A stretch of DNA of 37,387 bases from positions 1-37,387 of the forward strand of contig JAEYXG010000052.1 of NCBI GenBank assembly GCA_023428585.1. The letters are read 5' to 3'. The notes beneath the pieces were generated by a model, which saw only the letters and a program-made list of their open reading frames with translations, was not told the DNA's origin and made no database searches. This stretch comes from Bacteroidota bacterium. GTDB taxonomy: Bacteria > Bacteroidota > Bacteroidia > Bacteroidales > Lentimicrobiaceae. Shown in pieces: positions 9,207 through 19,382 of this stretch. Within the stretch, counting starts at the first letter, position 1, and each line of letters opens with the position of its first letter. Position numbers and translations under genes: made by a program.

Positions 9207-10478
9207 ATGACTGAATTTTCAACAAAAGGATACCTTGATATGGAACTGCTGCGATTCACTACCGCAGGAAGTGTTGACGATGGCAAAAGTACATTGATAG
9301 GCAGGCTACTTTATGATAGTAAATCTATTTTTGAGGACCAGCTGGAAGCAATCAAGAGAGCAAGCATACGCAGAGGAAATGAACATGTGGACCTGGCTTT
9401 GCTTACTGATGGGTTGAGGGCTGAACGTGAACAGGGAATTACAATAGATGTTGCCTACAGATACTTTGCAACTCCAAAACGAAAATTCATCATTGCCGAC
9501 ACCCCTGGTCATATACAATATACCCGTAATATGGTTACCGGAGCATCAACCGCCAATGCCGCCATTATACTGATTGATGCTCGAAATGGTGTGACAGAGC
9601 AGACTTGTAGGCATTCATACATTGCTTCCTTACTTAAAATCCCTCATATTATTGTTTGCATTAACAAAATGGACCTGGTTGATTTTAACCAGGAAGTCTA
9701 TAATGCAATTAAATCAGAATATACTGAATTCAGAAAGAAGCTTGATCTTAATGACATCTCTATTGTACCTATAAGTGCTTTGCTAGGTGACAATGTGGTT
9801 GAACCTTCAACCAATATGCCTTGGTATAAGGGCGGTACACTCCTGCATGTATTAGAAACCATCAAGATCGGCAATGATCACAATCTAACGGATGCACGGT
9901 TCCCGGTGCAATATGTGATTCGGCCATTATCAGATGAATACCACGATTACCGGGGTTATGCCGGCAGAGTTGCCGGTGGTGTATTCAAGCCGGGTGATGA
10001 AGTAGTTGCACTGCCCTCTTTGCGCAGAAGCAAAGTAAAATCCATCGATATATATAATGGAACTCTTAAGGAAGCATTCCCTCCATTATCGGTAACCCTA
10101 ACATTGGAGGATGATATTGATGTTAGCAGAGGCGATATGATAGTAAAACCGGACAATCAACCGATTGTTTCCCAGGAATTTGATGTAATGTTGTGCTGGA
10201 TGAATGAAAAGCCACTCCAAATCAATGGCAAGTATGCCCTTAAACATACTACCAATGAAGTAAGGTGTCTGGTTAAGGAAGTCAAGTACAAGGTAAATGT
10301 GAATAATATGGATCAAACCCCTGATGGACATGTTAGTCTTAATGATATAGCATGTGTCAGGATTAAGACTACCAAGCCTATCTTTATTGATCCCTATCGT
10401 GTAAACCGCAGAACCGGATCAATGATTATTATTGATGAAGCCACCAACAATACGGTTGGCGTAGGCATGGTAATATAA
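9207..10478 (+). CDS. cysN: Sulfate adenylyltransferase subunit 1 (GTPase; no fused CysC domain)
   Basis: LLRFTTAGSVDDGKSTLIG, REQGITIDVAY, DTPGH, NKMD. ATG 9207 preferred over TTG 9183. Confidence 0.96.
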   Translation: MTEFSTKGYLDMELLRFTTAGSVDDGKSTLIGRLLYDSKSIFEDQLEAIKRASIRRGNEHVDLALLTDGLRAEREQGITIDVAYRYFATPKRKFIIADTPGHIQYTRNMVTGASTANAAIILIDARNGVTEQTCRHSYIASLLKIPHIIVCINKMDLVDFNQEVYNAIKSEYTEFRKKLDLNDISIVPISALLGDNVVEPSTNMPWYKGGTLLHVLETIKIGNDHNLTDARFPVQYVIRPLSDEYHDYRGYAGRVAGGVFKPGDEVVALPSLRRSKVKSIDIYNGTLKEAFPPLSVTLTLEDDIDVSRGDMIVKPDNQPIVSQEFDVMLCWMNEKPLQINGKYALKHTTNEVRCLVKEVKYKVNVNNMDQTPDGHVSLNDIACVRIKTTKPIFIDPYRVNRRTGSMIIIDEATNNTVGVGMVI

Positions 10479-10493
10479 AACAATATTGAGGAA

Positions 10494-12299
10494 ATGGCAC
10501 AAGGATCAAATGTATCGCGACAGCAAACGATAATAGCTATATTCCTCGTTATTGGAGTTATTTATATTACAAGGCTTTTCTATATTCAGGTCATTGATGA
10601 CAGCTATACCCTATCAGCAAACAACAATGTATTAAGGTATGTAACTCAATATCCTGCACGCGGATTGGTATACGACCGCAATGGCAAGCTATTGGTATAT
10701 AATGAAGCTGTTTATGATTTGATGGTTTTACCTGCTCAGGTCAAAGAGATTGATACCGCCGAATTTTGCTCCTTGCTTCAGATTTCTATCGAGGGATTCC
10801 GCGAAAGACTTGATAAGGCAAAGAAGTATTCACGATATAAGCCAAGCCTGTTTGAGAAACAAATATCGAAAGAAACCTATGGTTACCTGGAAGAAAAAAT
10901 GTACAGGTACAAGGGTTTCTTTGTTCAGCCACGAACTCTCAGAAAGTATCCAAAGCCAATAGGGGCCCACCTTTTTGGCTATGTTGGAGAAGTAACACAA
11001 GGAGTTATTGATAAAAATCCGTACTATAAATCAGGCGATTACATTGGCATCAGTGGTATTGAAAAAGCCTACGAAGAAATACTGCGAGGAAATAAGGGAC
11101 TGAAGATAAAGATGGTTGATGTTCATAACCGCGAAGTGGGCAGTTATGCTGAAGGGAAATATGATACTGTTTCTGTTACCGGCCAGGATCTTTACTTAAG
11201 CATTGATGGAGATCTGCAAGAGTATGGTGAAATGCTCATGGCCGGGAAAATGGGCAGTGTTGTAGCCATTGAACCATCGTCAGGTGAAATTCTTGCATTT
11301 CTTTCAAGTCCTACATATGACCCAAACCTATTGGTTGGTAGGGTTAGAGGCCAAAATTTTAAGTTGTTATCTGAAGATCCTGTTAAGCCCTTATTAAACA
11401 GGGCATTAATGGGCGCTTATCCCCCAGGTTCAACTTTCAAGATGGTTAATGACCTGATTGGATTACAGGAAGGATTATTAACCGTAAACACTCATTACTC
11501 TTGCCAAGGACCCGGCTCATCACCCATTCGTTGTACTCACAATCACCAATCACCTCTTGATGTTTATGTTGCAATTCAACAATCATGCAATCCATTTCAT
11601 TGGCAAGTATTCAGGTCAATTATCAATAGTTCAGGACATGGCAGTCTACGGGATAACTATGTATCATGGCGGAAACATGTAATGAGTTTGGGGTTTGGTG
11701 AGAAGTTAGGCACTGATATGCAATTTGAGTTATCAGGCAACATCCCTTCAGCAGAAACATTTGACAAAATATACGGTCGGGGGCACTGGAATGCAATGAC
11801 CATACGTTCACTCTCCATTGGGCAGGGCGAAATTCTGGTTACTCCATTGCAATTAGCCAATTTTGCTGCAGTATTATCCAATAGGGGCACTTATATAGAA
11901 CCTCATGTGGTTAGAACCATTGGAAATCAGAAAACATCAGGCACAGAATTCAAGCAACACAAGTCAACCATTGATAGAGACCATTTTGAGGTTGCTGTGG
12001 AAGGAATGCGACAGGTAGCCACACTTGGAACCGCCAAGTGGTATCAGATTGAAGGAATAACAATGTGTGGGAAGACCGGGACAGCCGAGAACCCTCATGG
12101 TGATGACCACTCTCTGTTTATGGCATTTGCCCCTGCCGACAATCCTAAGATTGCAATAGCAGTGGTTATTGAAAATGCCGGTTTTGGATCAACATGGGCA
12201 TTGCCTATTGCTTCACTCATGATTGAGAAATATCTCACAGGAACCGTAAAACGTACTGAGATAGAAGAAAAAATGAAGACAACAAATCTCATAAATTAA
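10494..12299 (+). CDS. mrdA: Penicillin-binding protein 2 (class B transpeptidase)
   Basis: N-terminal TM, RGLVYDRNG, SxxK (PGSTFK), SxN (SCN), KTG (GKTGTA); directly upstream of rodA. Confidence 0.95.
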   Translation: MAQGSNVSRQQTIIAIFLVIGVIYITRLFYIQVIDDSYTLSANNNVLRYVTQYPARGLVYDRNGKLLVYNEAVYDLMVLPAQVKEIDTAEFCSLLQISIEGFRERLDKAKKYSRYKPSLFEKQISKETYGYLEEKMYRYKGFFVQPRTLRKYPKPIGAHLFGYVGEVTQGVIDKNPYYKSGDYIGISGIEKAYEEILRGNKGLKIKMVDVHNREVGSYAEGKYDTVSVTGQDLYLSIDGDLQEYGEMLMAGKMGSVVAIEPSSGEILAFLSSPTYDPNLLVGRVRGQNFKLLSEDPVKPLLNRALMGAYPPGSTFKMVNDLIGLQEGLLTVNTHYSCQGPGSSPIRCTHNHQSPLDVYVAIQQSCNPFHWQVFRSIINSSGHGSLRDNYVSWRKHVMSLGFGEKLGTDMQFELSGNIPSAETFDKIYGRGHWNAMTIRSLSIGQGEILVTPLQLANFAAVLSNRGTYIEPHVVRTIGNQKTSGTEFKQHKSTIDRDHFEVAVEGMRQVATLGTAKWYQIEGITMCGKTGTAENPHGDDHSLFMAFAPADNPKIAIAVVIENAGFGSTWALPIASLMIEKYLTGTVKRTEIEEKMKTTNLIN

Positions 12300-12300
12300 A

Positions 12301-13560
12301 GTGCGCGAAAGAAACAACATATTCAGCAACATAGATTGGCAGGTAACGCTATTGTATCTCGTTCTTGTACTAATGGGGTGGTTGAATATATACGCTGCTG
12401 TTTATAATGAAGATTACAGCAATATTTTTGATATTACGCAAAGCTATGGGAAACAGTTGATTTGGATTCTTAGTTCCTTATTTATAGCCCTGTTGATATT
12501 GCTCACTGATGCCAGATTCTTCAGCACTTTTGCTTATTTAATATATGGATTCATGATTATCCTTTTGCTGATTGTATTGGCAATAGGAACGGAAATCTCT
12601 GGTTCAAAATCATGGTTCCAGATTGCCGGTTTTGGATTGCAGCCGGCTGAATTTGCCAAATTTGCAACCAATTTGGCTATTGCAAGGTTTTTCAATCAGC
12701 AACACCTGAATCTCTCTCAACTTAAGAATCGATTGTTTCCATTGGTGCTGATGGGCATTCCCGCAGTACTAATCTTACTCCAGAATGACACGGGATCAGC
12801 ACTCGTTTACAGCTCCTTCATTCTGGTATTGTATCGTATGGGACTTTCAGGCAATTTCCTGTTAGCCGGCCTTTTAGTTATACTTGTTGCTGTTTCAACA
12901 CTTATGGTAGGAACAACGTATGTTTTATTCCTGTTGATTGGACTCGCGGGACTGTTATTCTTTTTCATGAAAAGAAACAAAAGGAACATTGTTTCACTGG
13001 TGGGTTTGCTTGTTGTCGCCGTTGGATTTGCCTTTTCTGTTGAATATGGAGTCGACCGTTTTTTGGGTGATCATCAGAAGGCAAGGATCAATGTTCTTCT
13101 CGGCAAAACCATTGACTTAAAGGGTGTTGGCTATAATGTGAATCAATCAAAAATAGCCATCGGATCAGGCGGTTTCTTTGGTAAAGGTTATCTCAATGGT
13201 ACCCAAACCAAGTACAATTTTGTTCCTGAACAAAGTACAGATTTTATATTTTGTACTGTAGGTGAAGAATGGGGATTTGTTGGTTCAACGGTGGTTATTG
13301 CATTATTCCTACTCTTGCTGGCAAGGATTGTGATATTGGCCGAACGACAACGTTCGGAGTTCAGCAGGGTTTATGGATATGGCGTGGCAGCAATACTATT
13401 CTTCCACTTTACTATAAATATTGGAATGACCATTGGATTAGTACCCGTAATTGGGATTCCGTTACCTTTTTTTAGCTACGGAGGTTCCTCCCTATGGGCA
13501 TTTACAATTCTCCTATTCATTTTTATTAAACAGGATATTAACAGGAATGCATTGCTTTAA
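12301..13560 (+). CDS. rodA: Rod shape-determining protein RodA (SEDS glycosyltransferase)
   Basis: Multi-pass membrane protein with QPAEFAK, LQNDTGS, PEQSTDFIF and PFFSYGGSS motifs; GTG start. Confidence 0.95.
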   Translation: MRERNNIFSNIDWQVTLLYLVLVLMGWLNIYAAVYNEDYSNIFDITQSYGKQLIWILSSLFIALLILLTDARFFSTFAYLIYGFMIILLLIVLAIGTEISGSKSWFQIAGFGLQPAEFAKFATNLAIARFFNQQHLNLSQLKNRLFPLVLMGIPAVLILLQNDTGSALVYSSFILVLYRMGLSGNFLLAGLLVILVAVSTLMVGTTYVLFLLIGLAGLLFFFMKRNKRNIVSLVGLLVVAVGFAFSVEYGVDRFLGDHQKARINVLLGKTIDLKGVGYNVNQSKIAIGSGGFFGKGYLNGTQTKYNFVPEQSTDFIFCTVGEEWGFVGSTVVIALFLLLLARIVILAERQRSEFSRVYGYGVAAILFFHFTINIGMTIGLVPVIGIPLPFFSYGGSSLWAFTILLFIFIKQDINRNALL

Positions 13561-13574
13561 AACTCCTTCATTCC

Positions 13575-15323
13575 ATGACTCAAACAAATCATAACGAGGA
13601 GCCAATACTAAGTATTAGCAATTTGGGAATTTCATTCAAGGATGAAGGTGGTTGGAATAATGCGGTAGATTCCATCACATTTTCAGTTGGCAAGGGGGAA
13701 ACATTAGGTATTGTGGGCGAAAGTGGCTCGGGAAAATCAGTTACCTCTTTGTCTATCCTGCAGCTTTTGCCTGAAAAGATGAGTAGAATTGATACCGGAC
13801 AAATATTATTCAATAATCAGGGGCAATTTATTGATCTTCTTAATCTTAAGGCAAAAGAGATCAGAAAAATCAGAGGCAATAGAATTGCCATGATCTTCCA
13901 GGAACCAATGTCATCACTGAATCCGGTAATGCGGTGTGGAAAGCAAATTGTAGAATCCATCAGGATGCATCTGCAATATTCCAAACATCAAGCCCGGGAA
14001 TACACCCTCAAACTCTTTAGGGATGTTATGCTTCCTGATCCTGAATATGCATTTCAAGCCTATCCGCATCAGTTATCAGGCGGACAAAAACAGCGGGTGA
14101 TGATAGCCATGGCCATTGCTTGCTCTCCTGAAATACTTATTGCTGATGAACCTACAACAGCATTGGATGTTACCGTTCAGAACTCAATATTAAAACTACT
14201 CAAAGATCTGCAGCAAAAATTAAACTTGACCCTGATCTTTATAAGTCATGACCTTGGTGTTGTATCGGAAATTGCCGACAGGGTCCTGGTAATGAGAAAA
14301 GGTACTATTGTTGAGCAAGGCAATTCAGCAGAAATATTTGGCAATCCATTGCAACCATATACCATAGGCCTGATGGCATGCCGTCCATCCCTGAGCTTCA
14401 GGATGAAGAAATTACCCACTGTATCAGATTTCATGGACAATAATTCACATCACCCTATCACCATTGAAGATCCTACAGAACGAAAGCTGAGGCACAAGAA
14501 TCTTTATGCGACTGCTCCAATATTATCAGTTGAAAAACTTTCAGTGGATTACCCTTTGCCAAAAAGATGGTTTCAGAAAGAAAGGCCTACCTATAAAGCT
14601 GTAAACAATGTAAGTTTTGATGTCTATAAAGGAGAGACTTTAGGGCTTGTAGGTGAATCCGGATGTGGTAAAACTACCCTCGGAAGAGCTTTGCTAAGAC
14701 TCATAGAACCAACCAATGGGAAAATATCATTTGAGGGGAAAGATGTAATATCATTGAATAAGGATGAATTAAGGGCGACTAGAAAACGAATGCAGATTAT
14801 TTTTCAGGATCCTTACTCTTCACTAAATCCGCGCCTAACAATAGGTCAATCAATAATTGAACCTTTAACGGCAAATAGGCTTCTATCATCACACAGGGAA
14901 AGAAAGAACAAGGTATTCGAACTACTTGAGAAAGTAAATCTTCTTCCTGATCATTATAACAGGTATCCACATCAATTCTCAGGAGGTCAGCGGCAACGCA
15001 TTTGTATTGCAAGGGCATTGATACTTAATCCTGCTTTTGTAATCTGTGATGAATCAGTTTCTGCACTTGATGTATCAGTGCAGGCACAGGTGCTCAATCT
15101 GCTCAACGACCTTAAGACAGAATTTGGCTTTACGTATATCTTTATATCCCATGATTTATCGGTTGTTAGGTATATGTCCGATAGAATGCTGGTAATGAAA
15201 AGTGGTAATATTGTTGAACAGGGAGATGCCGATATGATATATTCAGCACCAAAAATGGAATATACGCAAAAGCTAATAGAAGCTATACCCGGGAGAAGGC
15301 TTACTCCTCCAGAATTGACATAA
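13575..15323 (+). CDS. Fused dual-domain ABC ATPase, peptide/nickel (OppDF/GsiA/YejF-like) family
   Basis: Two NBDs: GESGSGKS / LSGGQKQR / ADEPTTALD and GESGCGKT / FSGGQRQR / [13 protein letters not shown] motifs. Confidence 0.92.
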   Translation: MTQTNHNEEPILSISNLGISFKDEGGWNNAVDSITFSVGKGETLGIVGESGSGKSVTSLSILQLLPEKMSRIDTGQILFNNQGQFIDLLNLKAKEIRKIRGNRIAMIFQEPMSSLNPVMRCGKQIVESIRMHLQYSKHQAREYTLKLFRDVMLPDPEYAFQAYPHQLSGGQKQRVMIAMAIACSPEILIADEPTTALDVTVQNSILKLLKDLQQKLNLTLIFISHDLGVVSEIADRVLVMRKGTIVEQGNSAEIFGNPLQPYTIGLMACRPSLSFRMKKLPTVSDFMDNNSHHPITIEDPTERKLRHKNLYATAPILSVEKLSVDYPLPKRWFQKERPTYKAVNNVSFDVYKGETLGLVGESGCGKTTLGRALLRLIEPTNGKISFEGKDVISLNKDELRATRKRMQIIFQDPYSSLNPRLTIGQSIIEPLTANRLLSSHRERKNKVFELLEKVNLLPDHYNRYPHQFSGGQRQRICIARALILNPAFVICDESVSALDVSVQAQVLNLLNDLKTEFGFTYIFISHDLSVVRYMSDRMLVMKSGNIVEQGDADMIYSAPKMEYTQKLIEAIPGRRLTPPELT

Positions 15324-15672
15324 CCTCTTCATTCCTGAAGGGCTTTGATAGATATCCATCCATACCGGCTTCAAGACAGTTATCACGTTCATCATTAACA
15401 GAACTGGCAGTCATTGCATATATTTTAACCTTCACTTCCCTGTTTTCCGCCGCTTCAATTTCTCTAATTTTTCGCGTAGCTTCAAAACCATCCAATTCAG
15501 GCATATGCAAATCCATCAATACAAGATCATAATTTTCACTCTTGAATTTCTCAACTGCAATATCTCCATTCTCTGCAAGGTCAATTATCTGATCAAACTT
15601 CTTAAGCATAAGAAGTGCTATTTTCTGATTAATTAGGTTATCCTCTGCAATAAGAATCTTTTTCTTTCTCAT
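15301..15672 (-). CDS. Stand-alone response regulator receiver (CheY-like) protein
   Basis: ILIAEDN, phospho-acceptor LMDLHMPELDG, MTA, AGMDGYLSKP; no output domain. Confidence 0.9.
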   Translation of the reverse strand: MRKKKILIAEDNLINQKIALLMLKKFDQIIDLAENGDIAVEKFKSENYDLVLMDLHMPELDGFEATRKIREIEAAENREVKVKIYAMTASSVNDERDNCLEAGMDGYLSKPFRNEEVMSILEE

Positions 15673-15872
15673 GGTTTAATTAGAAATACAAGTACCTTAA
15701 GTCCAATCAATATAGACTGACCATCAATTAATAGCCAATACAACAGAAAGTAACTCTGTTAATCAATAAAAAATAAATTACTGGAATGGGGATAGATTCA
15801 TGACACTCCATTAAAGTTCTAAAACGGCAAAACGGAAAATAATTAATACCTTTACATTAATAATGAAGCATT

Positions 15873-18206
15873 ATGGCAAATAGAAAATCAAAAAAAACAA
15901 TCCCGGCATCTCAAAGCCCATTCGTTAAATTAGTTGAAGAGCTTTTTCGCAGTAATCCTCAAAAAGCATATAACTTCAGGCAGGTTTCCCATCTGCTTGG
16001 AGCTTCCGACAAAATTAGCAAAGAACTGGTAAATAATATCATTGAATCACTTGTCCAGTCAAAAATAATTATTGAGCTAAACAGAGGGAAATACAAATAT
16101 AATCCGGAACTGGTTGCTGAGAAATATCAAACTACCCTGGTTCAAGGAAAGGTTGATATGAAGCAGACCGGCAAGGCTTACGTAATCGCCAAGGAATTGG
16201 ATGATGACGTATTCATTTCAGCCAACAACACTGGTCATGCTCTTCATGGTGATACCGTAAAAGTGAGACTATTCCCAATGCGTAAGGATCATAAACTGGA
16301 AGGCGAAATCATTGAAGTACTCCAGAGATTCAAAACCCAATTTGTAGGTAAAATACAGATTTCCGGCAAATTTGCCTTTCTGATACCTGATGAAGTAAAT
16401 ATGCCTTATGATATTTTCATCCCAAATGAAGCGCTGCATGATGGGAAAAATGGCCAAAAAGCAATTGCCCGACTGACTGATTGGCCCGAGCGGTCTAAAA
16501 ATCCGTTTGGAGAGGTAATTCAAGTACTAGGAGCTCCGGGAAATAATGATGTTGAGATGAATTCTATTCTTGCATCATTTGAGTTCCCACTTCAATTTAA
16601 TCCCAACAGCCTGAAACAGGCTGAGAAGATCCCTATTGAAATCCCAGTTGATGAAATTAAGAAAAGGCGGGATTATAGGCAAATATGGACATGCACTATT
16701 GACCCACCTGATGCAAAGGATTTTGATGATGCTCTTTCACTGATAAAAAAGGAAAATGGCTTATGGGAAGTGGGAGTTCATATTGCGGATGTGTCATACT
16801 ATGTAAAACCAGGTACACCAATCGACGAAGAGGCTTATGAACGTGGCACTTCTGTATATCTTGTTGACCGGACAATTCCCATGTTACCTGAAAAACTCTC
16901 CAATAATGTTTGCTCATTGAGACCTAATGAGGACAAGCTGTGCTTTTCTGCCATATTTGAGCTTGATGATGATGCCAAAATCCATAGTGAATGGTATGGT
17001 AAAACAATCATTAATAGCAACTTCAGATATAGCTATGAAGAAGTTCAGGCTATGATTGAAGGGGGTGAAGGTCTATTCAAGCAAGAGCTTCTTCAGCTCA
17101 ATGAACTTGCCTCAAAGTTAAGAGAAGAGAGGTTTAAAAAAGGATCAATTGCATTTACCAGCCAAGAGGTGAAGTTTATTCTAGATGAAAAAGGAAAGCC
17201 TATTGATACATATATTAAAGAGCAAAAAGAAGCCAATATGTTGATTGAAGACTTCATGCTGCTTGCCAATCGAAGTGTAGCAGAGAGGATTGGCAAGGTA
17301 AAAGGAGATTCAAAGGCCAAAACATTTGTTTATCGAATTCATGATGAACCTAATCAGGAGAAGCTGCAAAAGTTTGCCGAGTTCTTGTCAAAATTAGGCT
17401 ATAAGATGAATATTGGATCGCGAAAACTACTATCCAAATCATTCAATTCTCTATTTGAGCAGATAGCAGGAAAAGGAGAAGAGGCCATGATTGAGTCAAT
17501 TGCCATTAGAACAATGTCGAAAGCAATTTATTCTACTTTCAATATTGGGCATTATGGCCTGGCATTCCCCTATTATACTCACTTTACATCCCCCATCCGA
17601 CGTTATCCTGACCTGATGGTTCACAGGATGCTTGAAGCATACCTTGTGGGAAAGCCATCGTTTGATAAGGATGAATTTGAAGAATACTGTGTCCATAGTT
17701 CTGATATGGAACGCAAGGCAGCTGAAGCAGAGCGTGCTTCTGTTAAATACAAGCAGGCTGAGTATCTACAGGACAAAATTGGAATGTCATTCAAAGGACT
17801 TATTTCAGGAGTAAGCAAGTGGGGAATATATGTTGAACTTGAAGGGAACAAGTGTGAAGGCATGATTGCCATGAGGAATATGGACGATGACTTTTATTAT
17901 CTGGATGAAGAAAACTACAAGGTTGTTGGCCAGCATAAGGGAAAGGAATTCAGGCTTGGTGATCCCATTCAAATAAAAGTTCAAAGTGTTGATCTACAAA
18001 GAAAACAAATGGATTTCATTCTTGATGGTAAGGATACCCCAGATGATACTATCAGTATGCCATCAAGATCATATTGGGAAATCAGTAAATCCCGTTCAAC
18101 AAAGCAAGCCGGAATAAGACAAAAGGGTAAATCAGGAAAGCAAAATAAAAACAAGAATACGAACAAGAATAGTCAAAAAGCCAAACCAAATAAACGTTCT
18201 TTCTAA
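15873..18206 (+). CDS. rnr: Ribonuclease R
   Basis: Cold-shock domains, RNB catalytic motif TIDPPDAKDFDDA, HFTSPIRRYPD, S1 domain and basic C-terminal tail. Confidence 0.96.
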   Translation: MANRKSKKTIPASQSPFVKLVEELFRSNPQKAYNFRQVSHLLGASDKISKELVNNIIESLVQSKIIIELNRGKYKYNPELVAEKYQTTLVQGKVDMKQTGKAYVIAKELDDDVFISANNTGHALHGDTVKVRLFPMRKDHKLEGEIIEVLQRFKTQFVGKIQISGKFAFLIPDEVNMPYDIFIPNEALHDGKNGQKAIARLTDWPERSKNPFGEVIQVLGAPGNNDVEMNSILASFEFPLQFNPNSLKQAEKIPIEIPVDEIKKRRDYRQIWTCTIDPPDAKDFDDALSLIKKENGLWEVGVHIADVSYYVKPGTPIDEEAYERGTSVYLVDRTIPMLPEKLSNNVCSLRPNEDKLCFSAIFELDDDAKIHSEWYGKTIINSNFRYSYEEVQAMIEGGEGLFKQELLQLNELASKLREERFKKGSIAFTSQEVKFILDEKGKPIDTYIKEQKEANMLIEDFMLLANRSVAERIGKVKGDSKAKTFVYRIHDEPNQEKLQKFAEFLSKLGYKMNIGSRKLLSKSFNSLFEQIAGKGEEAMIESIAIRTMSKAIYSTFNIGHYGLAFPYYTHFTSPIRRYPDLMVHRMLEAYLVGKPSFDKDEFEEYCVHSSDMERKAAEAERASVKYKQAEYLQDKIGMSFKGLISGVSKWGIYVELEGNKCEGMIAMRNMDDDFYYLDEENYKVVGQHKGKEFRLGDPIQIKVQSVDLQRKQMDFILDGKDTPDDTISMPSRSYWEISKSRSTKQAGIRQKGKSGKQNKNKNTNKNSQKAKPNKRSF

Positions 18207-18234
18207 TAAAATCAGCAATTACAACAAATAACCC

Positions 18235-19374
18235 ATGGAAAGTTTTATAGCTTATAATCCTACATCCCTGCATTTTGGCAGGAATATATTAAACAATCTT
18301 GGTGCAACAGTAGATAAATATGGCAACCGGGTACTTCTTGTATATGGCAAGAATTCAATCAAGCAAAATGGCCTGTATAGTCTGATTAAAACCCAATTGG
18401 CAAACATCAACGCACAGGTTTTTGAATATGGAGGCATCAAATCAAATCCCCTTGTTGAAGATGTTGACGGAGCTGCCGAATTAGGACGTAAACACAACGT
18501 TAATGTAATATTAGCAGTAGGCGGAGGCAGTGTAATTGATTCAGCCAAAATGATAGCGGTTACCATCCCATATCAGATAAAAGCCTGGGACTACTTTACC
18601 AAGGCTGCCCCTTCACCAACCTCAGCGATACCTTTGATTGCCGTATTGACCTTGGCAGCAACCGGATCAGAGATGAATCCCTTTGCAGTAATCTCCAATC
18701 ATAAAGCTGAAGTTAAAGGAAGTTACACTTCACCTTTGATGTTTCCAAAGCATTCATTTCTTGATCCTCAATATACAACCAGTGTTCCCTATAACTATAC
18801 CGCATATGGTATAGCCGATCTTATTGCTCATTGCCTTGAGGCATATTTTGGCAAAGGAGAAGCCACTTTAGCCGATCGATTTGTTTTCTCTATTATTAAG
18901 GAGGCCCTTGAAAATGGGCCCGCACTCCTAAAAGACCTGACTAATTATGATCTTCGGGCAAGAATCATGTTTGCAGCTACCATGGCTCTGAATGGAATGA
19001 CAATGCAAGGTAGAGCTTCAGGAGAATGGGGTGTGCATAGTATTGGTCATATCCTCTCACTTCTCTATGATGTACCTCATGGAGCTTCACTAACCATTGT
19101 ATATCCGGCATGGCTTAAACTTCAAAAACATAAACTTGTTGATAGAATTTCATTCTTAGGACAAAATATATTCAACACTTCAGATGTCGACCTGACCATA
19201 GAACGGCTTGAAAGCTTTTTCCGGTTAATTGACTGCCCGGTTCGATTGAATGAAATAGTTGACAATTTCAATAGAGAAGAAATTATCAGAATAATGATTC
19301 AAAATAAAGCTGCGACATTTGTCCACAAGTTAGATCACAATGATTACAAGACCATTGTTGACATAATGTTGTAG
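18235..19374 (+). CDS. Iron-containing alcohol dehydrogenase (BdhA/YqhD-like)
   Basis: AVGGGSVIDSAK, TLAATGSEMN; metal ligands D..AH..E, H..GH and VPHG. Confidence 0.92.
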   Translation: MESFIAYNPTSLHFGRNILNNLGATVDKYGNRVLLVYGKNSIKQNGLYSLIKTQLANINAQVFEYGGIKSNPLVEDVDGAAELGRKHNVNVILAVGGGSVIDSAKMIAVTIPYQIKAWDYFTKAAPSPTSAIPLIAVLTLAATGSEMNPFAVISNHKAEVKGSYTSPLMFPKHSFLDPQYTTSVPYNYTAYGIADLIAHCLEAYFGKGEATLADRFVFSIIKEALENGPALLKDLTNYDLRARIMFAATMALNGMTMQGRASGEWGVHSIGHILSLLYDVPHGASLTIVYPAWLKLQKHKLVDRISFLGQNIFNTSDVDLTIERLESFFRLIDCPVRLNEIVDNFNREEIIRIMIQNKAATFVHKLDHNDYKTIVDIML

Positions 19375-19382
19375 ATACTTTA

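Noticed and set aside
15700..15840. Loose CCAATCAA-like repeats, AACAGA/TCTGTT inverted repeat and AAAACGG duplication
   Set aside because: Irregular spacing and too short to distinguish from chance in AT-rich DNA.
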